Positions 15,795 through 30,765 are shown, numbered from the stretch's first letter. The stretch: 64,000 bases of DNA from Chrysomallon squamiferum (GCA_012295275.1 CM022672.1:29078001-29142000); one strand, 5' to 3'. The notes: generated from the sequence alone by a model not told the origin. Numbers and translations are program-made.

Positions 15795-18700
15795 TTTTAA
15801 AAATTAATTAACTGCAATGATCAAGTTAATTAAGTAACATACACAGTTAATTCCGATAATCCTATCAAAAAAAAAACATATATCAATGGAATTCTGGGTA
15901 TTAACAAAACATAATAACGAACCTAATTATTACTGTATTTTATTATATTTAATATGTTATAATGTCCCTAACGGAAATGAATTTTTGATAGTGTATTAAG
16001 GAAACAAAAAGGGAATATGAGCATTACATATGTTACTTTGTAGTCGGAGGAAACGCTGATTAGTTTTATATTTTACTATTAAATTTATGCGAGCCAAACT
16101 CTTTACTGTCAGAACAGAAAAAGATAAACCCGTGGGTGGAGGACTTCTGCTGTTGACACAGAAACGACTGAGATACGAGTGCAGATTTTCTATTGTCGAC
16201 ACAGAAAAGATACAGATATATGTGTCGACATCCTATTGTAGGCAAAGAAAGGATAACGTCATTGTGGTAGACATCTTATTGTTGTAAAAGGACATCTAAA
16301 GGTTTGACTTGCTAAGGACATCAAATATGCAGGTGTGAGTATCCTGTATTGCCAGAACAGAAACAGACAATGATGAAAGTAAAAGACATCTTATTGTCGG
16401 AATAAAAAATAATAAAGTTATGTATGATCGAGTTCGGTTTATTCCCGATTCCGGCATTCCCGAATTTCAGTGAGATTATAACACATCTTAATTGGACACG
16501 CCAGTTGTTCCATTTCTGGCAGTTTATTTCTCACCCTTACTAATTGGTGTTCCGTCACTTTAATTGATGGCCTATCACCTTAACTGATGTACTTTTGTTA
16601 AACAGTTTTTTGACCACAATTTGAAAGCACATTCCATCACACTTTACACACGAAATGTCCCAGAAAGGAGTCCACCCCAAGCTGACAAGTAGGAAGCCGT
16701 GTCCCGGGTCACGTGACGTACTCCAGTTCCAGCTGGAAGAGCTTGTGCTTCTCTTATGGTAGTATTTCCTGTCTCCAAATTTTACTGAAATATAATTTCA
16801 TGTCTCCAAACATTAATTTTTCTTGCAATCTCTATTCCAGCTCACCTCTGCTCTTCACTGCTCATTAAGGTTAATCTCGTTAATCGCCCCCTCTGTTCTT
16901 CGCATATCTCATTATACCCATGCGTCTAAATTGGCCTTAATTGCTCCCGCTTTTCTAATCTGGAGACTGCCAGTTCGTGTTATCGGAATACAAATTTACG
17001 TTTTCATCATACTTATTTAACAAGCTTCTTTCATTTAATCCAGTTTGCATGTTATTATGTGGATTAAACTATGTGACCTTTAGTTAAACAGGTTAAGCGA
17101 GAGATAATACGATAATGGAATTAGTGTGATGAGTCATTTAGATTATGCTGACAATCGATTTTATTATAAATTTTCTATATAAAAAGAAACTACCTTTTAA
17201 TCCTAATTTCAAAATTTATCAAATAATGCATTTTAGATTATATTAAATTCTTTGATATGTATCAGTAGAAAGAATACTTGCTTAAAGTTTAAAGAACGTA
17301 AAATAGTTCACTTTCTGTTAATCTTTTTCCTCTTTCTTTATCTGTATACCTTTAGTAAATATATGCTATATAATTCAAAACTAATAATTGTACGTGTTTT
17401 TGTGTGTCTGTGAGTTTGTGTGTGTGTGAGTGCGTGTATGCGTGTTATAATTTTTATAACAACTATAAAGCATGAAATCTGAGATGTTCTGTTATAACCA
17501 ATATGCTCATCCCCATGGATATTCGTTTCTACGACTAATCCATAACACTGTCCCCAGCACACACACGAGTACATCGATCGTATAACCAGTAATTTGGAGA
17601 CCTATTGAACATGAACAAAAGTCAAATACTCACACAAACCTGATATCTGACTGCTACATCCTTCAGACAGATTTCATGACCTCCTGTTCCATCCTATTTG
17701 ATCTTTAAAACTTCATGGACAGCTCCTTTTGAAACATTCACAAACCGACTATAATTACGTTTATTCAGTAACAATGTATTACCAGGCACTCCGCTGTTAA
17801 CGACCGTGTTCACAGGTCGTTAAACAGCCTCTCACTGATATTTCAAGCATGCTGTACTGGGGTGGGTTTGTGGCAACCATTTTTAGATATTGTTTCAATC
17901 TCACCTCTGCACCAGCAATAACCTTTTCAGTGGATTATAAAATGTTCATGATAGTAGTGTGCTGCATACTGCAATATACCGGAATAGATGAGATCTATTC
18001 TGATACACTTTACTTAGGTTTGGATTCTGTAATTACAGGTAATCGTTTTTAATCTGTTCTCAATAAAGAAAAGGTCTAAACGAAAACAGCGACGCAATAA
18101 CTACGTTTTAAATATTGTTAACTTTTGCATATTGCTCAACAGAAAATAAAATCTGCGAAAAATTATAAAATCTTGTAGTATGCGGTGCATGAAAAGAAAG
18201 TACAAATTTATGGACAAACTTTATTCTGGAAATTGCGAACGCTGGTGTATGAATGCTGCGTGAACGAGTCCGAGGCTGAGTAAGGGTTGTGCGAGATGAG
18301 ATGTCTGAAGTTCTGCCTTGTACAGGTCACGTGCTGTCGTCATAAAATAATATAATAAATATTCTCAACTGCCTTTAATACGACCATTCGCATGAAAAAG
18401 GAAATGACGACGGTCTCAAGTTCCAGTTCTTGCATTCTGCTCGTCTACAGATTTTGAAATTTGTTGATAAGAAATCAGAAAATGAATATTCTAAGGACTG
18501 TTTGAAGATGCACTTCTCCGCTCAACATTCGTATAATCAGCTTTCGAGACAGACAACAAGTTTGTGTTTCCTGTCAGATGCGGCGTACCCACCGAAGTAA
18601 TTTTTACTTCTTATGAAACATAATGACTCGATAATAACAATCAGATCTTCAGCCATGTGCGATAAAACGAGCGATTTCCTTTTTGAAAGAGGAAATATTT

Positions 18701-19102
18701 CTTAGTTCTGAAAAGCTATTCTATTTCTGTAAATTAGAAAAACATAATTACTCTGTCTGCTCGTGACGTACGTGCGTTTAATATATATATATATATATAT
18801 ATATGAAAGTCATACATAAAACGTAGACACATAACACACACACACACACACACACAACAGCATCAGCAGTACTAGTAGTTGTTTTACAGCAGTTGTAGTA
18901 ATAGTGTAGTAGTATTTTTTACCACAGTACTAATACTAATAGTGGCGGTGGTTTTAGTAGTAGTAATATTTGTAGCAATAACGGTAGCAGCAGTAATAGC
19001 AACAATAACAGCATCAGCAACAGTTGTGACAGTAGCAGCAACAACATCAGTAACAACAACAAATATTATTACTATCATGTCATTTGCTCTTTGTCTTTGT
19101 AG

Positions 19103-19878
19103 GTAAACTGGTTCCCATACTGGAGAATTCCGTGGCGCATGCGTCAGTGCTCACAATGTTGGTTATTTCCGTTGAAAGATTTCAGGCGATCTGCCACCCG
19201 CTGCAACTTCGCCGCAACAGACTTTTCTCTGTGACCATCAAGTGGGCGACCATAGCCCTCGTGTGGCTCGTGTCCTTCCTCTGCTGTCTGCCGTTTCTCT
19301 ACATCGCCGTCTACAGGGATTCGCGTCATCTGGACGGCACCCCGATCAAGGTATGTCGACAGTATCTCAAACAACCCTGGCAGAAAGCGTACGTGGCCAT
19401 TCTGTTCGGCGTCTTCTTCGCCGTGCCGCTCTGCATCATGGCGGTCGTGTACGGTTTCGTTATTGAGAAGCTAATGCAGAAGACAGGCATGCTGTACAAA
19501 GAAGCCAGCCAGCGACCGAATCGGGTAAAGAACGCGAGGAGCAAAGTCGTAGTCATGAGCGTCATCATCACCGTTCTGTTCTTTATTTTACACTGCCCTT
19601 TCAGACTGGTGGGGATGTGGATGACGTTCTCGCACGCCAGCAACATCGGCAAGCTGGGTTTCGAAGGCTACTGGAACCTCATCTGTTTTATTCGTGTCAT
19701 GTTTTACATAAACAGCTGCGTCAACCCCATCGTGTACTGCGTCGTGTCGTCCAAGTTCAGGCAGGCTTTCAGAAACATCTGTCAGCGACGACCACGTCAT
19801 TTCCAGAAAACTGACAGCTGGACGAGTTCACGTATGCAGTCAGTGAACGGCAGACCCACGTCTCAGACCACGGTGTGA
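19103..19878 (+). CDS. ETH-receptor-like class A peptide GPCR, coding exon 2 (TM3 to stop)
   Basis: Acceptor tctttgtag|GT completes the TM3 Cys codon (T+GT). CKLVPILENSVAHASVLTMLVISVERFQAICHPL resembles the ETHR TM3 signature. TM7 NSCVNPIVY, helix 8 SSKFRQAF, TGA at 19876-19878. Spliced protein is 384 aa. Confidence 0.93.
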
Positions 19879-21407
19879 CTGTTGAGACCGGTCAGCTAGC
19901 AGACTGTGTCAGTTTTAACAAAAATAATTTAAATCTCTTACCACTCAGCCTGGATCTCGCCGGTTATCGTCATAAAAATTAAATTCTACAACAACAACAA
20001 AAAATAAAAAAACCCAACAACACAACAACAACAAACCCTTCCCCCAACAACAACATGAACATTCTATAATCTACAACACCAATATAGATGTCAACGACAG
20101 TAACTTTATTGTAATAAACTGTAGGATTACAGTACAGAGGAGAATGTATCAGAGATATGGAATAACAAAATTAAAATGCACGTGTGAAAGTGTAACATGG
20201 ACGACATACGCTCTCACATACAGTTCGTTTTAACAAACATAATTGTGTTTTGATAGACACATATTTTTACTATTAAACAGATTATTATATGAAAATATAA
20301 ATATTCATTTAATTAGGGTCTCAAACAGTTTTTAAATCAGTTAATTTGAATCTCAGATTAACTCTTTGAGTTGTGAGAGAATTCATTTCTAGAAATAATC
20401 ATGAAAACAAATAATAATAAAAAAAGTTAAATAAGTTAATTGTTCGAATTAGCGTCAATACTGACCTGAACCTCGGCTAAATAATAAAATAATAATGGCA
20501 GCAACAGTAGCAATAACAACAACAACAGCACAGTTATTAATAGTATAACCTTTTTTACGTATTTACTCATTTATTTATTTACTTATTTCCTTTCCATCGG
20601 CTGGATTTTTCCATAATAATATCAATATCCCGGAGCGCGCGATCGATAACTAGACATTTTCAGAACATCAAAATATGATTTGGGTGTGTCTGGATTCAGA
20701 TTAATTTTCTGATATTGCATGTCTAACAAATACTGACAGCAGAATTATGAAAACAAAAGAAATATCAAAAGATATTTACAATGCACTGATTGATAGTGTA
20801 CTTTGAACACAACAGTTACAAACACACGGACATATAGACACATACACACAGATACATAAGCATACACACAGGCACAGAGACACAGACATAAACATACAAA
20901 CATACACACACATACACACAGAGACATAGACATATCTAAACAGGCACACCGACAAATATATTAATAATTTTTTCTTCTATAAACAATTTAATGTATATTG
21001 AGATAGACAGTCTCAGACATATGTAAATCCGTAGTTGCTTGTTTTTAATATTAACAGTCAATGAAGTTATGTCTTTGTGAACCCTGGTACTGGAAATGCT
21101 ACACTCAAACATACATATGTTTCGACTTACGTAAAACCACAGTAAATGTATGTATGTATGTATGTATGCATGCATGTGCGTGTGCGTGTGTGTAAACATG
21201 ACCAAATAACAACAAATAAACTAATGTTTGATATTTCGTCACATAAAACACTGCTAAACATTCCTAAACTTGACCAAAAACTATTAAAACATATCTGATA
21301 ATAAATTATCAAACACAACCAAAACAAATGACCAAACAATACCAAACTAATGGCCTTAAGATATATATTTGTTTGAAAACGATACTAATGCTATTACAAC
21401 TTACACC

Positions 21408-21521
<114 letters not shown>

Positions 21522-22289
21522 GTGAGACAGTTATTTGTTTATATGGATTTATGTATGGCTGTGCGTCTATGTATATGTGTATGTGTGTATATGTATATAT
21601 ATTTATATATAAACACAACTATATATATACTGTGATTAATTTTCTTTTTGCCTGACTTAAATTAAAACATCGCATTTCCATCTTATTTCCGAAAGAGATT
21701 TAATTGCCGCAGAAAAACAAATTTGACATGTCGTCTATGAACATAAATAAACTTTTATGCCAGATATGTTTAGTCTTGATTGCAGACAAATATTTGATAG
21801 TTAAGATTCACCTACATTTATTTTTCTTTAATTTTCTTGTACATACAATTACTTACAGTGTTGTTCTGATGTTGACGATTATAATAATGTTGATGATGGT
21901 GACTTACAATATTATTGACTATTATACTGTTGATGTCGATGTTGATGCTGACTGTGATTTTTGTGTATTTAAATTATGTAAATTATGACTGTGAGTTTAT
22001 CTGGTTCATTTGCAGAGATCTAATAATGTTCAAATCTTTACATAAATAAATAAATAAACAAATAAATTTCAGAAAGAGTAGATGGTGTGTATGTGTGTGT
22101 AACTGTCGCTGTGTGTTTGTCCGTCAGTCTATGTGTTATTTTTATGATTGTGAGTTGGTATGTATTGGAACGTGTCGTGTCTTTCTCTCTGTTCGTATGT
22201 GTTTTTAGATTCACGTTCGTGCGAGGGTGCTTGTGCTTATATCTATATACATGTGAAAGTGCTGACACAAATAAATATATATATATGTG

Positions 22290-22323
<34 letters not shown>

Positions 22324-23802
22324 TAATGAAATGTAAAATCTGTTGTTGTTATAATTTTTAATTAGAGGTAATATGTCGTCGACACTTTAAGTTATAAATT
22401 ATGTTAGCTCGTGGAAGCTGCTTAACCACAGTAGAGGACACCGTTGACAACGTGGACACCGCTGGCTTGAATGTTGCTAACATAGTGGTGGTCATCGCTG
22501 ACGTCATTAGTCCTATCATATTCAACGCCGTTTAAGACGTTTTTGTCAGTAATTTTTGCGATCACAAAAACACGATCGATGTTATATATATATACATATT
22601 AAAATACAAAATAAATAAATAAATAAATAATATCCGAAAAATAGCCCTTTCGGAGAAATAATAGGTAAAGGAAAAAATTTTCAAAAATTTAATTTTCCTA
22701 TAAAATTATATATCAGAAAGAGAGAAAGCGAGAGAGAAAAAGCAGATTAAAATGATATGAAATAAGTTACGAATTTTTATCTGAATAAAACCGCTGGTAT
22801 ATTTCCTTCAAAATAAACTGTGATTTGTTATTTAATAATGAATATTCCATTTGACACTAAATATTTCATCTAGTTTCAAACCAAAATATGTATTATATAT
22901 AACAATAAATCTTCTAGAACTATGCGGTATTTTTAAGCATAATGCTAACACTCATACATTTTATTTAATTAATTGCACTAATCTTCTCAAATGTACCTTA
23001 CACCTTAATTATGCATGTCTCAAAAACTGCATAGAAATTAAATTAAAAGATAATTTTTTCAAGATGAAGCTTTCGATGAGTTGTTGAGGCTTTTACATTT
23101 TCAAGCATTTTCTAACATTATCAATATTTAATAATAATTTTATTATCGTAACATTAATTAGCTTAATAATATTAATTAGCATTAATTAGCCTAACACCTT
23201 CGTTGTAAAGATCTCAAGAGAAAATTGATAACAATGAAACTTGCTACGATCTTTATTCGTAAGGAAGATGTTTATAAGAAAGAAAATATTATCGGAATCT
23301 GCACTCACTTGGCTATTACGCCATCTAATTACTAAATCACACTACACAAATGAATTTTCCAGCTTCCCAGACATCGGCAGCAACAGCAATCACTATGACA
23401 GCGTCGTTTGCTGAGAAAAACCACACATCCCGTTACCCCCAAATTAAGACTTTTGTCAAAACCAAGAAACAGTCAATAGCTTAATGAACAGCCTTTTGTC
23501 GTAGCAACGGCACGGTTTTCAGTGCATAATGGACAATTTTCTCCATTCAGAACGTGCTAGATTGGACATTGTTACACAAATCAGGATGAAATCTGACCTA
23601 CTTATGTAACTTTCGAATACAAATCAGGCAGTAGGTTCTGAAATGACACAGCTGTTTTTATCAAATTTCTTTGATGCACGAGCGAGCCTCTCGCTACTCG
23701 CAGGTACTCGCAAACTTTGTGTGAAATAATTACTCCACTGATGTGGAGGCTTCACCACAGTCTGATATTCGCCGACATCATATAAAATCCTAGTGAAATC
23801 CA

Positions 23803-24107
23803 GTGTTAGGGTTACCATTATGTTTACGGTTAGACTTAGGGTAGGGTTAGTGTTAGGGTGAGTGTTAGGATTAATGTTAGGTTAAGGTAAGTGTTAGGTT
23901 TAGGGTTAGGGTAAGCGTTAGGTTTAGGGTTAGGGTAAGCGTTAGGTATAGGGTTAGGGTAAGCGTTAGGGTTGGTTTAAGTTAGAGTTAAGGTGAAGGT
24001 TAGGGATAATGTAAGGGGTAGCATTAGGCTAAGGTTAGGATTAGAGTTAGGGAGTTAAGTTCGGGTGAACTTTAAGATTAGGTTAGGGGTTAGAGTAAGG
24101 GTTAGGG
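23803..24107 (+). repeat. interstitial degenerate telomere-like (TTAGGG)n array
   Basis: About 300 bp of TTAGGG variants, including a 24-bp higher-order unit gttaggtttagggttagggtaagc repeated about 3 times. Confidence 0.85.
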
Positions 24108-24619
24108 AACAAAACAGAAAGAATTTTAATGAATAAACAATGTATTGAGTAAACAACAAAAACTGTAAAATGTAACTATCAGTCAGTTTGAGAAACTTGT
24201 AGGCAGCAGTTTCTTTGTTGTTTTTTTGTTTGTTTTTTTTCCATTTGGAATGAGGATGAATAAATTCTTTCCATTTCCAAGTCTTGAACTTTCAATTTTG
24301 ACATGACTGTGACAGAAGCATATAGATTTGCAATTTAAAAAAAACAAAACAAACAACAACAAAAAAACAAACAAAAAACAACAAAAAAACAAACATAAAT
24401 GTAATATTTATATTCTGTTTCTAGTTAATTCATGGTTACAAGATGAAATAAAATACTGTTTTTCTTATTGATCTTAATTACACTTTTGTGTCGTAAGGAA
24501 ATAATTACTTCTTTGGTCGAAATTAGATTAAGATGCGAACCTCTCCAACATTATTCTTTTCATATGACGTGATACAACGACACCAAATCGAACAAATTAC
24601 GTCATTAAATTATGGAAAC

Positions 24620-24656
<37 letters not shown>

Positions 24657-26070
24657 TATATATAAAATATAAAGAGAACACGAAAAGACTGATATGGATG
24701 TTGCTAACATTGTGGTCATCGCTGAACTCTTTATGCCAAACATAGACTAAGTCAATGTCGTATTCACCGCAGTTTAAGAATCTTTTTGCGAACACAAAAA
24801 GATTCTTTCGCTTTACACACACACACACACACAGATGCACTATATCTCTCTCTGTGTGTGTGTATTTATTAAGTTTATTAGCTGTTTTTCTATGTACATA
24901 AACTAAAGACTTAAAAAAAGAAAAATAATAAAATAGATTTAAAAAACGATTAATATCAAATTTTGCGCACTCATTCATCTTTACTCGCTTTTAGAAAGAA
25001 AAAAATGAAAAGAAATAGTAATAATAAAATAAAATCTATATTTAGTCTCGTGACGTCACATATTCAGTTTCTCTGAGTTCAGCTAACCAAAAATATGATT
25101 ATTTCACAATAAATAGATGTATTGAGTGATGACAAAATCTGTAAACTGAGACAGAAATTGTCGTCTGACCTTCAGTTTTATTTATTTATTTATTTACATA
25201 TCTATTTTTGTATTTATTATTTATTTCAGCTGTAATTTTGTATGCCATTAAAATCAGTATGTATGAAACATAAAGACACGTGTTTTTATTCTAATGAATG
25301 GTATGTTGTAAGTATACATTACTTTAAAACATTTTATCAACACACCCCAATACTAATGAAGATTAACTGATAGATGAACAGCTTGTTTTTTTATTTATTT
25401 TTTATTTTATGATATTTGTGCAATAATATTAGAGGTAAGTAAACTGTATTTGCCTTTCAGCAACAGGCGTCGTTTCTCACTATTATTATTATTATGACGA
25501 TACATCTCGTGTCAAAACCTATGACTAACTCATTTTCTTAATTCGATAATTATGTTTTCCTTTCTAAATGGTCTTGTGTTGACTGAGATGACAGAACTAC
25601 AACTCTAATCTTGTAAGACGACCAGGACGATAAACTATTGATCTGGACATTGCTATCTACGTGTGTTTCTTATTAGACAGACCGGCGTTTAGCCAAAACC
25701 TTAGAGAGACTGCGATTTGCGCGAGACTGTAAACAAAGATAAAAGAAATGTCCACTCTTCTACAACTTGTGAAGAGATATAAAAATGCCAGAACCGGAAT
25801 TAAAGACTAATATCTATCAAAATAAGTAAATAAGTAAGTAAATAAATAAATGTAATGTACTGTAATACGTAATATTATATAATGTAATACAGTATATTGA
25901 TTTATTATATTACATTTAATTATGTAAATTAATATTTAATAAAAACTGAAATAAATAATTAAATAAAATAATCAATTCCTTCTAACGGTGCAGCAAAACT
26001 GTAGTTGAAATTAATTTTCTATACTGTCCTTTAATAATGACTAGTATATTATTTTTATCATTAGCCAAAC

Positions 26071-26360
26071 AACAGCCGATGTATACTGTTAGTTCTGCTG
26101 ATAAACAATGGTCCATACATCAAAAGTGGTATCTTTAAGAAACAGACAAAATATATAGTTATCGATTTTTTTGTCGTTAAACAACAGCCGACGAAAATTA
26201 TCAATAGCTGTGTCTTTAAACAATAGTCGATATAGACAATCAGTAGAGCTGAACCTAGACAACAGTTGTATACAATTACATATAGTGAATGGTTCATCTA
26301 TGGCCACTGTAGACAATTATCAACAATGGAGTCGTTAAACAATAGCCGATGTATACAAGT
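26071..26360. repeat. degenerate tandem repeat
   Basis: Recurring gtcgttaaacaacagccgatgtatac-like units. Confidence 0.55.
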
Positions 26361-27596
26361 AAGTATACTAATGTCGTAGTTAATCATGTGCAAAAACAAA
26401 TTTTTGTAATAAAGTTTTATAATGACGGATCATCATAGAAATTTGACCAAAACGCCTGCCAAACTCTTCATGTTTCCAATTAACATACAACTGTGTGGAA
26501 TTTTTTAAAAGAAATTAAAAAAAAAAAAAAAAAAAATATAGAAAGATAAAAAAAAAAAAAAAAAAAAAAACGAAAAGAAAGATTACGTTTTTTTTTTTTT
26601 TTTTTTTTTGTTTTGTTTTTATACTTTTCTTTCTTCTTTCTTTTTGATACATGGGTGTATATAGACATACTTATACACACAAAGATGCACACTTATAAAT
26701 TCACATATCCATACAGACACATACCAACATACATACACACATATGTACATGCATACATACATACAAACATACATACATGCATGCACGCGTATATACATAT
26801 ATACATACACATATATATACAAATATGAATCATACATACATATATGCACACATTCAAATATGCATGCACACACACCCATACGTACGTACGTACAAACACA
26901 CATGAGAGAAAGAAAACTGGGAGAAACAGAAAGATAGATTATATAGGGGAGAGTGAGTGTAGTTGTGTATAATGTTAATGTTATGTGATTTTTGTGCGTG
27001 CCTTTAGTAATTATCAGAAAGCAATCTTCAAAGACTGTGCGGCTGATTCACAGCGAATATCAGGTAAACGAATTTACATTTACAAAGAACAAAGAAGGAG
27101 AAACCTTATCCTTTATACGTTAACAGTTTCAATCAGTTCATCTTTCTTTGAATTTTAGGATTTAATTGCCTGCCATGACAAATGCAAAGAAACTGGCCGA
27201 GACAAAATTAGGAAATATCGGGTTTCCTCGAGGTATCAACAACAGCAATTTCTGTTTTGCCACGATAATAACGTATTGGTTTTTGTCTGAATTACATGTT
27301 GCGGTTTTGCATTGAGGGAAAATACACCATATTTGTTCTCTTTTCTTTGTTTCCTTTTCCTATTTTTTCATTCCTTGTTATTTTCTTTTTTTTTTTTTCT
27401 TTTTTTTTTTTCTTTTTTTTTATTAGCTTACATAAATAAAGGTACGAAAAAAAAAAAAAAAAAAAAAAAAGAATAAGAAAAAGATAAGTTATTAGGTTAT
27501 TTTTTTTTTTGTTAAATATTTATTTTGAAATTTTTAGCCCAACTTCTCTCTCTCTTAAAGTACATCTCTTTGTCTTGCTTTTTCTTTGTATATATA

Positions 27597-27629
<33 letters not shown>

Positions 27630-29004
27630 GTATATATAGCTGTCTGTCTGTCTATCAACTATAGATCTATTTTTCTATCAGTAATCTATCTATCTATATA
27701 TCTATATGTCTGTCTAACTATCTATCTATCTGTCTATATGTCTGTCTGTCTATATATCTATCTAATCTATCTGTCGATGTGTATATTTATATCTATACAA
27801 AATTCAAAGACGAAAACTTGCAGAAAATGGCATTAACACTTTCTCATGCATTCACAAACGTACCAACTCCTTTTATATTTCTGTAGTTGTTTAAATCACG
27901 TACAGTTATATGGCCTTACCAATTAAAACAAAGTTAATTACTTATACCAAAACCAAAACACAATTTTACGTCTGCCATTTTTCACAAATTCTGGTCATGG
28001 CAATCACAATCTTTATAACTTGCGTTTAAATCTCGAATGTGAAAATATTATGCGGTAAATTTGTTCTGACCAATGCTCGTGAGCTTGATGAAAAAATAAA
28101 CATTTATCTAAAGAGTCCCAAGATATTTTAATGTGAATCATTTTTCTTATAACTTTAGTGTAACAGTGTCGGAGCTATAAAGGAGTAGTAAAAGTAATAT
28201 TACTGAAAGTAATTCAAACTTTAGATACAACAGTAACAATTATAATGCAGTAGAGGTGGTGGTTGTAAGAGTAATGGTAGTAGTAGTTTTGTTGTTGTCA
28301 CCATCATGTAACAGTAGTGATTAGGATTATTGTCGTTGTAGTAGTAACATTAGTTGTAGTAGTGGTCATCATACTGATCATAGTTCATGATACAGTCAGT
28401 GTTATTTGTATCTAACATTGACGGCTATATTATAACCAAAACATAATCTAAACAGTGTTAAAATAAATATGACACTTGTAATAAATAAGTTATTACTTAC
28501 CTCTAGTAAAAGTGTCTATTAAAGTAGCTTATCTACAAAAATGAAAGCGAATGTGTGTTTGTTTGTGTGTTCGCAAAACATTCAGACAAAAGAGTCTTAA
28601 ACGGCAATGAACAATGACATTAGTTGCAACTGCGATGTCGTTGATGTCTACCTGGTCGGCGGTGACGTTACAAAAAAGAATAATTTAGCAGCAGCGCGCG
28701 TCTTAAACTAATTTTTTTATTTATTATTATTTTTTTTTTTTTACTAAAGACAAAATCGTCATTAGATTAATATTGTTATTTTATCATCTGACTAAGAATT
28801 ATTGTAAAATTAATATAAATAATATATTCTTACGTCTTTAAAAAAAATTACATTACTTTTGTTGTTGTTGTTATTATTATTATTATTATTAAATATTTGA
28901 AATCTGTATACATATTCTCTCATAGTCAGAGGTGTTGGATGTCCAAGAACTGGAAATGGAACGAATTTATTTATTTATCCCTAAGGAAATTTAAATATAT
29001 ATAT

Positions 29005-29252
29005 ATGGCGCATATGACGGCGTTTCTAGGTTCTTATGACACCTGAACAAATAAAACGTTTTTCAATAGCATACAAAGACTTTAGTAAAATGTCTGATGA
29101 TTCTCTGTCAAAAATCTCGATTCTGCTCTATTATTATTATTATTATTACATTTTTTTTTATAATGTAATAAAAATACTAATACTTATTCTTATACTAATA
29201 AATTAATTAATAAATTAAAACAAATATATAAGATAAATAAATATATATACTG

Positions 29253-29290
<38 letters not shown>

Positions 29291-29934
29291 TTTGTTGTTG
29301 TTGTTGTTGATGTTGTTGTAGATTTTGTTGTCCTGTCAGGCAGATTCACTCGGCATCTGTTTTGTCGCTAATTAATTAGATACAAACACGAAGATAATTA
29401 AATCTTCAAACCTATCCAAACAATACATTTTAGTTTAAAGAGCATTCTCAACGTATCATATCTGAAACACAAAATACATAGGTAATCTAGCCATCGATTT
29501 CTCCACGATACAGTCCAGGTAAAGACACCAAAGCTGCTGACCTCTCAAAGTGTATCTTAATCCCGTCTTCTATTCTGGAGTTAATTTAAATTGTTTTAGA
29601 TATTATACGTTATCATTTAATTAATGAATTTTCCCACGCATATGCGCACAAACGCACATACACCCATTGACACACGCATACACACATGCGCGCGTACACG
29701 AATGGATTTAACTACGAAGCAGCTGGTTAAATTAATTTATTAAATATAAAATTTACTGTTTTTGTGAAGAGGAATGGCGGATATAGCGGCGTTTCTAGGT
29801 TCTTATGTGTCCTGAACAAATACGTCGTTTGTCCACAGCAGAGAACTGCTGTAGTAAGGCAGTCCTATGTAAAATGTCTGGTAATTCTGTGTCACAATGA
29901 CGATTCTGCTTTATCATCATCATCATCATCATCA

Positions 29935-29968
<34 letters not shown>

Positions 29969-30130
29969 CACATTTATCACTATTATTACAATTATTGTTA
30001 TTATTAATATATCATTATTATTATTAATTTATTATTATCATTTTTTTTTTATTTATAATAAAAATACTAATACTTATTCTTATGCTAATAAATTAATTAA
30101 TAAATTAAAAAATATATAGGATAAAATAAA
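29005..30130. repeat. local direct duplication (about 29005-29250 and 29775-30130)
   Basis: Shared blocks cggcgtttctaggttcttatg..cctgaacaaata, gtaaaatgtctg, cgattctgct and taataaaaatactaatacttattcttat.ctaataaattaattaataaattaaaa. Confidence 0.85.
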
Positions 30131-30729
30131 TAAATAAATAAATAAATATATAAATCTGTTTATTTTATTTTACACGCGTGTTTATGCTGCGTGCATATTT
30201 GGTTATTTCAGTTAATGCGTGTTTTTGTCTGTGTGTGATTCTGTATGTCAGTATATATATGGTTATTTGTTAATGTGAATGTATTTTTGTATAATCCGAC
30301 TCCGTCTCTCTGTTTGTATCACTAAATTGGTGTATTACCTAACTGTAAGTATATGTATGTATGTGATGAACACACTCATACACAAACACACACACACACG
30401 CACGTTAACATAAATAAAAGAATTTACGTAGCTCAAAGAAACTGAATACGTGATGTTACAAGTCTAAAAATAAAATATCTTTCTTTACAACTGTCTTCTA
30501 AAAGCAAGTGGAAATGAATGGATATTTAAATGTTTAAGGAACTTGAATAAATTGAACGTTAACAGTTTTTTTTTTTTAAATTATTCCTGGCAGCTTTTAA
30601 GCTTGTTAATAATATTACTGACAGATGTATTGATAATTATGTTGCTATGCAACGGTCAAATGTTAAGGTTTATGACGTCAATATACTAGCGACTTTCAGG
30701 CTTAAAATAGGCAAGAAAATATTCTTTTA

Positions 30730-30765
<36 letters not shown>

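Noticed and set aside
18879-19106. Hydrophobic V/A/T-rich ORF resembling a TM segment upstream of GPCR exon 2 (also 37285-37551 and 2774-3034)
   Set aside because: Derived from (TAG)/(CAG)/(CAA) low-complexity tracts; the true acceptor is at 19101-19102.
19144-19814. Antisense and alternate-frame ORFs over GPCR exon 2
   Set aside because: Shadows of a GC-rich coding exon with no independent signals.
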